Virus record (IMG/VR): IMGVR_UViG_3300020442_001264
Span: 20,030-84,029 of that record
Origin: a virus
Direction: 5' to 3' (one strand)
Length of the DNA: 64,000 nt
Position 1 is the stretch's first letter, and every line of letters starts with the position of its first letter. The notes beneath the pieces were generated by a model. The model worked only from the letters and a program-made list of their open reading frames with translations, was not told where the DNA came from and did not search any database. A program made the translations under genes and the position numbers. Below are positions 48,645 to 57,099 of this stretch, piece by piece.

Positions 48645-49138
48645 CACCAATTATGTTAGGCAAACGATTGGTCAAGCATCTACATGATGTTGTCACAGAA
48701 CAAGACTGGGTAGATGAGCCTTTACCACCCAATCACATGAACATACACCGTTCAGAACACCCAGTACCCAGTAAATTAGTGTTTGCTTTTGGACCGAAGG
48801 TCATAAAAGACTTACGACTACGCACTGGATTCACTGTGAGCATAGAGCAAATCAGCGGTGGAGGGGAGAGTCACAAACACAGTTGGAATGCATTTCCAAA
48901 AAAACGTGCTTGTTTGTTGATATATCTAGGAGACAATCCCACAGAACTGGGCTACACAGATCCCAGAAACAATGAATATCATACTGTGATGCTACACAAA
49001 GGCGATACTTTTATACTGAGCACACATCACAATTTCCATTACAACAACGTACACAGCGATACTGGGGCAATCTTTTTGACTGTTAATGCTGATATGAGTT
49101 GGAGTGATACTGTGAGACACTGGCAACACACCTGGTAG
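48641..49138 (+). CDS. Hypothetical protein, possible cupin/2OG-like fold
   Basis: His-rich beta-type sequence (SHKH, LSTHHNFH); last + strand gene of the block. Confidence 0.45.
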   Translation: MTPIMLGKRLVKHLHDVVTEQDWVDEPLPPNHMNIHRSEHPVPSKLVFAFGPKVIKDLRLRTGFTVSIEQISGGGESHKHSWNAFPKKRACLLIYLGDNPTELGYTDPRNNEYHTVMLHKGDTFILSTHHNFHYNNVHSDTGAIFLTVNADMSWSDTVRHWQHTW

Positions 49139-49139
49139 A

Positions 49140-49490
49140 CTACCATTTATCCAAGTTTACACCTCTGGTATTGAATGTGCCTAAGGCTCTGCTGTTTCTA
49201 TAATCAAATGGAACACTCACACTGAACGGATCTGATATGCCTGTGCCTACCCATTCTGCAGTATTGTATACAGTTGATGGATTCACATGGTCTAAATACT
49301 TGTCCACAAACATGTCGTTTGCTTCACACCATGCTTCTATTTCTTCATATGTGCCATACACCAAATGAGCATAAGGTGTGTGGTCTGAATGTAATACTCT
49401 GGCTATTTCTTGATGACTGATACAGTTACTGGTGTTTTCTATTATGGTTTCGTATCTGTTTGACTTGGGGTTGTACTGACTTTTGCTCAT
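49140..49490 (-). CDS. Hypothetical protein
   Basis: 116-aa ORF converging on 48641. Confidence 0.6.
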   Translation of the reverse strand: MSKSQYNPKSNRYETIIENTSNCISHQEIARVLHSDHTPYAHLVYGTYEEIEAWCEANDMFVDKYLDHVNPSTVYNTAEWVGTGISDPFSVSVPFDYRNSRALGTFNTRGVNLDKW

Positions 49491-49571
49491 GCGTAAAATT
49501 TAAAAAATGTGCGATGCGACTGTGTAAACTGGCGTAACGACCTATAAGCACGGCGCAACGTTTGACTAAAG

Positions 49572-49616
49572 GTAATGCGTAGCCAATCACTTTTCAGACA
49601 ACCTGCTACACATTAC
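49572..49616 (-). ncRNA. Candidate structured RNA hairpin with GAAA-tetraloop tip
   Basis: On the - strand GUAAUGUGUAGC pairs with GCUACGCAUUAC (12 bp, one G-U pair), enclosing CU-GAAA-AG; intergenic. Confidence 0.35.
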
Positions 49617-49632
49617 ACTAACCAAGGTGTTG

Positions 49633-49869
49633 TTACTTCTTACTGTCACCGATACCCAATATGTGGATAACAATGATGGCAACTATTAACCCTACCAATC
49701 CTTGACTGCCTAAACTGGCAACGATTGAAGAGATGTTACCAATAACATCACCAATGAATATAGTTGAACCAAACAGGATGTTTGACACTATACCCAATCC
49801 TAATAAACCTACTAATATTCCAGTTAGACTAGATATTACTAGATTTACATTTTCTACTACTGCTTTCAT
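49633..49869 (-). CDS. Small membrane protein
   Basis: SD GGAGG; hydrophobic Gly-rich helices; has its own sigma70 promoter. Confidence 0.7.
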   Translation of the reverse strand: MKAVVENVNLVISSLTGILVGLLGLGIVSNILFGSTIFIGDVIGNISSIVASLGSQGLVGLIVAIIVIHILGIGDSKK

Positions 49870-49905
49870 ACAATTACCTCCTATGAATTTAGTAATGAAC
49901 TGTAT

Positions 49906-49934
49906 ATTATATATGAAACATACACAGTTGTCAA
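49906..49934 (-). promoter_or_regulatory. sigma70-type early promoter TTGACA-17-TATAAT
   Basis: Perfect consensus on the - strand, preceded by AAAGG. Confidence 0.85.
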
Positions 49935-50102
49935 CCTTTATATACTGTATTGATGTGTATAAGCATACAGTATTGAACGCAATCCTTAAAGGTTCACAGT
50001 AGTATTTAAAAGAATCGACTGTGAAGTTATAACAGTTGTTGACTTTAATACCGTTATACGGCCCGTATGATGCTGTTACAAGGTAATTAACTAGTAGAGG
50101 AG

Positions 50103-50309
50103 ATGTTTATGTATGTGTGTATATGTAATGCAATAACTGATAAAATGCTTAAGGAAGATGCACGTTATATTACCAAGTGTGGTACTAACTGTGGTAAGTG
50201 TATTCCTTATATACAGAAGAACTTAATACCCGGTACTGATGATGCTATATACAGTGAAACTGAACTGTTGACAGCATATGAACAGAGTAAACTGGGCGGT
50301 ATGGCATAA
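50103..50309 (+). CDS. bfd: BFD-like [2Fe-2S] ferredoxin
   Basis: YVCICNAITD...CGTNCGKC; SD GAGGAG. Confidence 0.8.
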   Translation: MFMYVCICNAITDKMLKEDARYITKCGTNCGKCIPYIQKNLIPGTDDAIYSETELLTAYEQSKLGGMA

Positions 50310-50547
50310 TACTGTACAATAGGGCCTATATAGCACCCTAAAAATCCTGTGTGTAAAAATTTTTTCAAATAGGGGATATATGAACCCAGGGTATATATAC
50401 TGTAAAAAAATTGTGTTTCAACCGACGCCCTTTTTCAAAATTCGTCAACCCATCAGCACTATGCCGGTGCCCCCACCGAATTCTGAAAATTTAAATTATT
50501 TTTGATTATTCTTTTTTTGCCAGAACTGTGTGTATATAGTATACCCT

Positions 50548-50775
50548 CTAGTAGCCTGCCTTAGTTAGTAGTGTACCCACCAATACCATAGCACCCAGCA
50601 TTAAGAACAATGCACTACTAATGCTCAGCTCAGTGAATACCACTAACAGTATGAACAATCCCACAAGGAAACTGGCACCTCCACCAAACAACATCTCCCC
50701 AGCATAGTCTCTAGCCAGTCCTAATATAAGTATACTGAACCAAATCGTTACTGCTGTGATGATGAATGTGAACAT
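50548..50775 (-). CDS. Small membrane protein
   Basis: SD GGGAG; three hydrophobic segments; sits behind an early promoter. Confidence 0.65.
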   Translation of the reverse strand: MFTFIITAVTIWFSILILGLARDYAGEMLFGGGASFLVGLFILLVVFTELSISSALFLMLGAMVLVGTLLTKAGY

Positions 50776-50806
50776 ATTACTCCCGTTTCCTTACTGTATA
50801 CATAGT

Positions 50807-50835
50807 ATTATACCGGAAATACTGGCAGAAGTCAA
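50807..50835 (-). promoter_or_regulatory. sigma70-type early promoter TTGACT-17-TATAAT
   Basis: Read on the - strand; preceded by AAAAAGG. Confidence 0.85.
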
Positions 50836-50875
50836 CCTTTTTCGGTAGTTATTTGCCGGAATTTGTGGCAGAAAC

Positions 50876-51370
50876 CTATGCGGCAGAGTCCAGTTCTGCC
50901 TTTAATTGTGGGTCGTTTTGGTCAAACCAACCGTTAGCCACCTTGTATTGACACTGGTAGTCACTTCTTTCTGACTGGCTCAACGGTATCCACTGCTCAC
51001 TTTTAGCCAGAATCTCCTGCCTCATGTAGCCAAATTCGCCGTTAGTGGTGAACTTCAAGCAGGTCCAACGGTCACCTCTCCACTGAAACTCAATTGGAGT
51101 CTCCCATTCCTCACCTTCTGGGGCATTATCATCAACAATTTCCCATTCCAGAATGTATTCCATTGAACCTTCATGTGCATACTCAATAAGATCCGTCAAC
51201 GTGGGAATACCATGTTCAGCAATTTTATTGATATGCTGTGTACTCAAGTCACGAACCACATAGGTATTACCGCCCTTGAACTTCCAATACTGCGGACATT
51301 CGCCTACACCATCCCAATCATGAGCACCGTAGTTCTCTTTATACTGTGTGTGAATAACTAATTTGCTCAT
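50876..51370 (-). CDS. Conserved hypothetical phage protein
   Basis: SD TAGGAG before ATG 51370; TQYKENYGAHDWDG.GECPQYWKFKGG. Confidence 0.7.
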   Translation of the reverse strand: MSKLVIHTQYKENYGAHDWDGVGECPQYWKFKGGNTYVVRDLSTQHINKIAEHGIPTLTDLIEYAHEGSMEYILEWEIVDDNAPEGEEWETPIEFQWRGDRWTCLKFTTNGEFGYMRQEILAKSEQWIPLSQSERSDYQCQYKVANGWFDQNDPQLKAELDSAA

Positions 51371-51402
51371 AACTCCTACCTTATTTGCTAAACTATGTAC
51401 AT

Positions 51403-51431
51403 AGTATACCGGATTTCGTGGCACATGTCAA
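51403..51431 (-). promoter_or_regulatory. sigma70-type early promoter TTGACA-17-TATACT
   Basis: Read on the - strand; preceded by AAAAAAGG. Confidence 0.85.
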
Positions 51432-51985
51432 CCTTTTTTGCCAGAATTTTCGGTACTTTTTTCACGCAGATGTACGGTAGTTTATGATGCTAACACGGTT
51501 TTGACACATCAAGAGTGGTAAAAACCGTTATATGACGTCTATGTGCGTCATATAGGCCCTTACAGGGCATGTAGAAGTGGCAATTGTGGTATACAGTAGA
51601 AAACCTTTTTTCTTGACTTCCGAACCGCTGACAGGCATTATTATATCATGCTCATAACACACCACTAGCACACATTTTCTACCGAAAATTACACACTATT
51701 ACACACTTCTGCACACACCGTAGCACTATATAGAACACATATACAGTTCATTTGCACTATATAGACATATCAGTATTACGTTACACACTCACGTACACAC
51801 TATAGAATTCGTATGCATGTATGTACGTTATTGTGTTTACAGTATTAATTAACAAGAAATTAACACGAGCTAACGAGTCGTTAGCGAAGTGTTTATGCGT
51901 AAGCATATTAATTATTGATTAATTATTGCTATTAAATATATAATTATTAATTAATTCGGCTAACACTATACACTAGAGTAGGAAT
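51432..51985. other. Structured non-coding region, candidate replication origin
   Basis: About 550 bp with no ORF: several hairpins, ACAC(A)CT repeats and an AT-rich TTAATT tract, near the coding-strand switch. Confidence 0.4.
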
Positions 51986-52111
51986 TCAATCATCACAGTC
52001 GTCCCTTAAACCTTTAATATCACCTTTAAACCATCCGTCTATCAGTAGATATATCATTAAATTAGTTATTACCAATGTGATGAACAATCCCCATCCTGCT
52101 ACCATATCCAT
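51986..52111 (-). CDS. Small membrane protein (41 aa, not in ORF track)
   Basis: SD AGGAG; MDMVAGWGLFITLVITNLMIYLLIDGWFKG... Confidence 0.55.
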   Translation of the reverse strand: MDMVAGWGLFITLVITNLMIYLLIDGWFKGDIKGLRDDCDD

Positions 52112-52192
52112 TACTGTCTCCTGTTGATATGCAATGATAATTGCAGTTTAACACGTTGGTGTGAGCACCTATTGTGTTATTTTTCGCAATTT

Positions 52193-52669
52193 CTAAGTTT
52201 TACGCCGTTTCTTAGGCGTTCGCGCCGTCTTAATGCTCTCCACCCTGTTGCCAGTTATCCACACATAGTTGTGATTACCTAACAGTTTAACTGGATCATC
52301 AGTGGTGTCCAGACTCTTACTCCAGTTCAACACTACACTATTTGGTATATTGTGCAAGTTGGTTAACTGTTTGCTATAGCCTTCTATACACTTGTTGAGA
52401 TGACATCCTGCTAGATACACATGTTCATAATCAGTTAATTGATGTATGTTTATTGTGGGATAATGATTCAGATGTTCACTTATAGGGTGGGCTGTTTCAT
52501 TTGTGTATATGTCGAACTGTTCTGTGTCCAACAACAACAATTCGCTTTTGATTAATTCATAAAACAATTGATGTTGAACATCCAGCCACGGTAAATGTTG
52601 TGCTCTTGGGTGTCCAATAACACTTTGTGGGTTTTGCCAACAATCTATTAATACTACTGCTTTCATCAT
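52193..52669 (-). CDS. Isochorismatase/cysteine-hydrolase-like protein
   Basis: VVLIDCW...YLAGCHLNKCI. Confidence 0.5.
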   Translation of the reverse strand: MMKAVVLIDCWQNPQSVIGHPRAQHLPWLDVQHQLFYELIKSELLLLDTEQFDIYTNETAHPISEHLNHYPTINIHQLTDYEHVYLAGCHLNKCIEGYSKQLTNLHNIPNSVVLNWSKSLDTTDDPVKLLGNHNYVWITGNRVESIKTARTPKKRRKT

Positions 52670-52887
52670 TGCCTTTTGAAGTAGAAATCACCATTAGGTT
52701 CTGCTACAACTTCAAATACATCTCCTTCACTGACACCAAATTGTTCCATTGTCATGCCCTGTGCATCTCTGCTGTCAAACTTGAAATCACCTGTTTCATT
52801 GCGATATATTTTGTATTCCGCAAACATCATTGCTCTGTGTTTCTGCGGATTCTTTAACTGTTTGAACATCTTTTCTATGTCTTCCAT
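52666..52887 (-). CDS. Hypothetical protein
   Basis: Likely start MEDIEKMF at 52887; ATGA coupling to the next gene. Confidence 0.55.
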   Translation of the reverse strand: MEDIEKMFKQLKNPQKHRAMMFAEYKIYRNETGDFKFDSRDAQGMTMEQFGVSEGDVFEVVAEPNGDFYFKRQ

Positions 52888-53002
52888 ACTGTTTGGGGCA
52901 CAGTTGTTGCAATAATACTGTATGCAACACAATCACATGAATTCTACACGTTTATGAGTCATACAAGCCGGTATGCTGATTGTGTTGCACCTAATTAGGG
53001 GC

Positions 53003-53039
53003 AAAATTTGACGGTTAGGGGCAGATACCGTCAATTTTT
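53003..53039 (-). terminator. Hairpin/possible terminator
   Basis: TTGACGGT...ACCGTCAA inverted repeat, with a short U-run on the - strand, at the end of the 53031-53171 ORF. Confidence 0.4.
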
Positions 53040-53171
53040 CGTCTTCTTGGGTTTTTTACCGAATATCTTTTCCCAATTGTCAGCATACTTTTGTTGGTTT
53101 GATTGCTTTCTTGCTGAGCCTTTTCCTCCATGCCATTTGCCGTGACTTTTTTCTATTTGTTTGTCAGTCAT
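53031..53171 (-). CDS. Small basic phage protein (46 aa, not in ORF track)
   Basis: MTDKQIEKSHGKWHGGKGSARKQSNQQKYADNWEKIFGKK... Confidence 0.6.
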   Translation of the reverse strand: MTDKQIEKSHGKWHGGKGSARKQSNQQKYADNWEKIFGKKPKKTKN

Positions 53172-54129
53172 TGAGTTCTACTCCCACAACATAAGGTGTG
53201 TTCATCAATGTTTCTGTTAATTGTTTATAACTAATTGTGCATCTACCCACAGGTGCTCTGCCCAAGTTGTATTTGGGTAAATGATAATCATAGCCATACA
53301 GTTCTGCATTGTTCAGTTTACACCAATCCCAATACTGCTGTCGTTGTGCATCAGGATCTATAACACCAAAATTCAGTTTGTCCACAGCAAAACACACACT
53401 ACCACTGATAACACTTTGTTGTTTTACTTCATTATTTTTAATTAATTCAACATCATCAGTGGCAAAAGCATGTCCTAAGTCTTTGCCCACTGTGAAAAAG
53501 TCTGAATATAAATCACCATTTTGTATGTTATTTTCAAAACATCTGTACATGTCATCAGTAATTTCGGGGTATTTTGCTCTCACATGGTCTGATGTGTGTC
53601 TAATCACATAAAAACTTTCGCCGAAATTACTGTTTGGTGCTTTTTCCAAACTGTGAACCAGTTTGTTCAATCGTTCCAAACTTGCCAAAAACTCTGGCGT
53701 AGCAGTTTTTTGCACTTCAGCATCTTCTAATGCAGTTTCAAAAGCATAATGAATACTGTTCAGTCTATTGATCCTAACTCGCTCATCAAGGTCAACATTG
53801 ATGTAACTATCACTGTCAAAGTCAATAAATCCCATTGATTTGCAATAATCAATCTCTCTGTTGATACTGTGAGCATCGCGAGTCCAACTGTCCCAACTAA
53901 TATGTTTGCCATATCTATTCCAATCTATAAAGTTTCGGGGTGAATGTTCACTTTCAGCAGTATTATTCAATATCAAGTTGGTGCTGTATAAAAATGCATC
54001 AACAACAGGACTGTCTAACAGTTCCCAACTAATACTTTGTTCACCACAAGGATATTCTGTGAGCCTGTGAGTACCGCTGTCGTCTATTTCTCCGTGTGGC
54101 TTGCTGTGAAAGTGTATGGTGTAATGCAT
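53164..54129 (-). CDS. Hypothetical protein
   Basis: 321 aa; LNSIHYAFE, LNKLVHSLE, VGKDL; TAAATA lies 6 nt upstream of the ATG. Confidence 0.65.
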   Translation of the reverse strand: MHYTIHFHSKPHGEIDDSGTHRLTEYPCGEQSISWELLDSPVVDAFLYSTNLILNNTAESEHSPRNFIDWNRYGKHISWDSWTRDAHSINREIDYCKSMGFIDFDSDSYINVDLDERVRINRLNSIHYAFETALEDAEVQKTATPEFLASLERLNKLVHSLEKAPNSNFGESFYVIRHTSDHVRAKYPEITDDMYRCFENNIQNGDLYSDFFTVGKDLGHAFATDDVELIKNNEVKQQSVISGSVCFAVDKLNFGVIDPDAQRQQYWDWCKLNNAELYGYDYHLPKYNLGRAPVGRCTISYKQLTETLMNTPYVVGVELND

Positions 54130-54138
54130 GAATAATAT

Positions 54139-54342
54139 TTATTGCCTATTATCCATTGCATCCATTTTTTCCAGTTCTAATTCAACTGTTCCTGGTTTTT
54201 CTGGGTTTTCTTTTCCCATTCTGTACAATGTGTCAAACATCAGTGCCGCACCCAGCCTTACGCCTTCTTTGTGTCCAATAAAGTAACTGGTGGCACCACA
54301 GCCAATAACACATAATCCAAAAATAATCAACTCAGTCGTCAT
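54139..54342 (-). CDS. Small membrane-anchored protein
   Basis: SD AGGAG; N-terminal hydrophobic helix. Confidence 0.6.
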   Translation of the reverse strand: MTTELIIFGLCVIGCGATSYFIGHKEGVRLGAALMFDTLYRMGKENPEKPGTVELELEKMDAMDNRQ

Positions 54343-54562
54343 AAGTTATCTCCTTGTTGTAACTCTCCAGCCTTGCTGGTATAACCACATTATAATTACA
54401 ATCCTCACAACATCTCTGCTCTTTGACAGGATAAGCATTGTGAGTCCATTCAGGTCTAACTGGATTACCACATATACTGCAATCTACCAGTTCACCTTTC
54501 AGTTTCATTATGGCAACTTCTGCCTGTTTTTCTGTAAACGTACTAGACATTTGCGTCCTCAT
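54332..54562 (-). CDS. Small Cys-rich (Zn-finger-like) protein
   Basis: CSIC..HNAYPV...CCEDC. Confidence 0.6.
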   Translation of the reverse strand: MRTQMSSTFTEKQAEVAIMKLKGELVDCSICGNPVRPEWTHNAYPVKEQRCCEDCNYNVVIPARLESYNKEITYDD

Positions 54563-54905
54563 GTAAATGATGAATACTCATAAATTCTAATCTTTGTATC
54601 TGTTCTACAGCATTTTGCAGTTCAGGATCATTTAACATTCTCAGCACATCATTTGTTATAGGTGTTTCGTAACACAATTCTCCATCGTGAAATACTGCAA
54701 GTTCATAGTGACCTTTGACCATACTTTGATTTTTCCAATCCTTTTCGAAATCACCAGTGTTAGGAACATGATATTCAGGAATAATACTTGCACCATATCC
54801 ATTCTTAAATGTTAGGATAATTTGCTGACTGCCAGCCACTTCTTTTCGATGTGGCTTTATTTCAATTACTGGCTTTTCACCATTAATGTTCTCAAATCTC
54901 TTCAT
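54543..54905 (-). CDS. Conserved hypothetical phage protein
   Basis: FKNGYGASII...YELAV...YETPITNDV. Confidence 0.65.
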   Translation of the reverse strand: MKRFENINGEKPVIEIKPHRKEVAGSQQIILTFKNGYGASIIPEYHVPNTGDFEKDWKNQSMVKGHYELAVFHDGELCYETPITNDVLRMLNDPELQNAVEQIQRLEFMSIHHLHEDANV

Positions 54906-55362
54906 TCTCTTCTTCCCATTGCATCATTTCTTCTCTGATACCAAAAACTTCATCACATGCCTGTAACAAACTGTTATTTTCCCATTCGTCTGATTTCGTA
55001 TCAGGTACTTCAAACATTTCTCCATCAACTCCAGTAAATGCATTACCTGGTTCGTAATAAAAATGTTCGATTGTTACATCTTCATTTTGTGATAGGTATG
55101 TGTCAAATGCTTCTATAGGCGGTGACCATGCACTCATAAATGACACTTCAATTACACCATCTTCAACAGTATGTTCCATATATGGTTCGCAGATATCCCA
55201 TTTGGTACCCCAATGTTCCGTTGCACTTGTACCATAACCACCGTCTTTTTTTAAAGGCACCATGTATTCTAATAGCCTTTCTTCTTCTATTGCTTTAGCC
55301 ATGTTGTATATTTTATCAACAGGCCCATCAATTCTAACTCTATTCTCACACCAATTGGGCAT
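54892..55362 (-). CDS. DUF1281/YubB ferredoxin-like-fold protein
   Basis: MPNWCEN, WGTKWD, AWSPP, YYEPG; SD GGAGG; start 55362. Confidence 0.75.
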   Translation of the reverse strand: MPNWCENRVRIDGPVDKIYNMAKAIEEERLLEYMVPLKKDGGYGTSATEHWGTKWDICEPYMEHTVEDGVIEVSFMSAWSPPIEAFDTYLSQNEDVTIEHFYYEPGNAFTGVDGEMFEVPDTKSDEWENNSLLQACDEVFGIREEMMQWEEENEEI

Positions 55363-55496
55363 TAAAACAACCTCCCAACTAGAAAGCCTGCCCAAAAGAT
55401 AAAAATATCAAATACAAAATGCATGATAAATGAAAGAGCAAAAATCTCTTTCCAATGCACTTTACAAATTTGTAACCACTCTGCTAATCTTTTCAT
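55362..55496 (-). CDS. Small membrane protein (44 aa, not in ORF track)
   Basis: MKRLAEWLQICKVHWKEIFALSFIMHFVFD...; TAATG coupling. Confidence 0.55.
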   Translation of the reverse strand: MKRLAEWLQICKVHWKEIFALSFIMHFVFDIFIFWAGFLVGRLF

Positions 55497-55744
55497 CATG
55501 CTAATTTAGTGTTGCAATCATTGAATACTTCATGTGCTTCTATACCAGGTACATCAAATTCATACCTTTCAACAGATTCACATTTAATATCCTGTTGCGG
55601 TTCTTTCATTGGATCTTCCATTGGGACAGGAATAATTTCAACATCAGTATTTTGTGCTTGGCAACCTGTTATATTTGCCATAGTGATAGTCATCACAAAC
55701 ATCATTGTCATTATTATTACTGCACCATTCTGTAATTCTTTCAT
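55496..55744 (-). CDS. Small exported/lipoprotein-like protein
   Basis: SD GAGGA; hydrophobic leader followed by ITGC. Confidence 0.5.
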   Translation of the reverse strand: MKELQNGAVIIMTMMFVMTITMANITGCQAQNTDVEIIPVPMEDPMKEPQQDIKCESVERYEFDVPGIEAHEVFNDCNTKLA

Positions 55745-55826
55745 TTTATCCTCGTTATATACCAACCGTAGGCAATGCCTAACATAAAACCAAATACGAG
55801 AAAAACTTGTAGCATTGCCGTTGACA

Positions 55827-57098
55827 TTACAATTTCTCTCCTAACTCAAAACCTCTAAAAGTCTTGAACCTTGGGAACCTAAGACTCCATACATCATCAG
55901 CATCTTGACTTTGAGTAGCCGCATCGGCCCTTATCTCTACCAATTGTCCAATTACTTTGTCTTGGTTAGCCCAAATCTGCTCTCTGTTTTCATCAGTGAG
56001 ACCAGAACCTACGTTTAGGGAGAAGAACTTACCATCATCTTCTCCTTCTACAACTAGGGCGCCTAGCAAGCCTTCATTCTTTCCTGTACCTTCTTCTAGG
56101 TCTACTACCTTTAAGGTAACTTCAATGAAAGGCTTAATTTTAAGCCAGGCGTGACTACGTTTACATTTGTAGCCTTCATTAATAGGTTTAATCATTAGAC
56201 CCTCATATCCTTCGTCTAATGCAGTTTTATTCAGTTTATTAAACTCTGCCTGCCCTTCAGCAGTATCAAAGTTTACAAGGGTAACATCAACCAGTTTGAT
56301 GTTGTCATCAAACAGTGGTCTGATTGTAGTTAGCCTTGTTCTTCGTTCTCTGGCATCTAAGTCTGTGCCACCAGCATTGAATTCTTTCAGTGTAACCATG
56401 TCAAACAATGCCAAGTAGGCATCTTGTGTTTGAGCACCTTCTTTTCTATGAACCTGCTTCATCAAACTTTGGAAGTCATCGCTCATTACCTCACCATCAA
56501 ATACAAGTCCTTCAAACTCAGGCTTGCTTAAAGATTCTTCAATGTGAGGAAAGTTTTCTAACAGTTTGCCGTTACGTGAATGTAATGTTGCACTACCATT
56601 TTGTACGATAGCAATGACACGAACACCATCATACTTGTATTCAACATAACATTCACCAGCAATCTTTTTAGGGTGTTTAGCACCATCATGTGCTAACATA
56701 CAACCAAATAGTGGAATAGTATCCTTTTGAACTTTGTTGATTAGTTTAGCACCAGTACCACAACGCAAGTCTTTGATTAGTATTCGTCTGTACCAATCGT
56801 TCCATTGCTCTTGTGTGGACTTAGCCATTGCAACTAGGATAGCATCACGAGCCGCATGTCCTGTTAGTTCACGTTGCTGTAATTGATTAGCAAGTGTAAG
56901 GAACTGTTCAAAACTAAGTCCTTCTCCTGTAGGATCTTTCTTTACAGGAACTTCTTTAACACCAAAAGTAACAAGCGGATCAAGGCACAATTTTGCACCT
57001 TCAATAAACTCTTTGTTATCCAAGTTGTCTTTAATAACAGACTGCTTGAATAACGAACTGTTATCTGATTCCAACTTTTGTATTACTTTAAATGTCAT
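55827..57098 (-). CDS. ATP-dependent DNA ligase
   Basis: EYKYDGVR (adenylated Lys), SRNGK, FDGEV, EGLMIK, WLKIK, SLRFPRF. Confidence 0.95.
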   Translation of the reverse strand: MTFKVIQKLESDNSSLFKQSVIKDNLDNKEFIEGAKLCLDPLVTFGVKEVPVKKDPTGEGLSFEQFLTLANQLQQRELTGHAARDAILVAMAKSTQEQWNDWYRRILIKDLRCGTGAKLINKVQKDTIPLFGCMLAHDGAKHPKKIAGECYVEYKYDGVRVIAIVQNGSATLHSRNGKLLENFPHIEESLSKPEFEGLVFDGEVMSDDFQSLMKQVHRKEGAQTQDAYLALFDMVTLKEFNAGGTDLDARERRTRLTTIRPLFDDNIKLVDVTLVNFDTAEGQAEFNKLNKTALDEGYEGLMIKPINEGYKCKRSHAWLKIKPFIEVTLKVVDLEEGTGKNEGLLGALVVEGEDDGKFFSLNVGSGLTDENREQIWANQDKVIGQLVEIRADAATQSQDADDVWSLRFPRFKTFRGFELGEKL

Positions 57099-57099
57099 A

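Noticed and set aside
12014-49138. Classical RiPP cluster or DNA-hypermodification locus
   Set aside because: No clear precursor with an RRE/PqqD domain, peptidase or exporter, and no nucleotide hydroxymethylase or base-modifying kinase recognised in the window; late-type promoters argue against DNA modification. Not fully excluded.
49733-50002. + strand 89-aa ORF
   Set aside because: Antisense to the 49633-49869 gene and its promoter, which have a clear SD and consensus -35/-10.
51650-51810. Possible CRISPR array in the CA-rich repeats
   Set aside because: Repeats are only 6-12 nt and irregularly spaced; no constant repeat-spacer period and no cas genes.
49491-52190. tRNA or other known RNA genes in the intergenic gaps
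   Set aside because: No cloverleaf with a T-loop GTTC(G/A)A was found; the 49572 hairpin does not match SRP RNA, c-di-GMP riboswitch or group II intron domain V consensus as I recall them.
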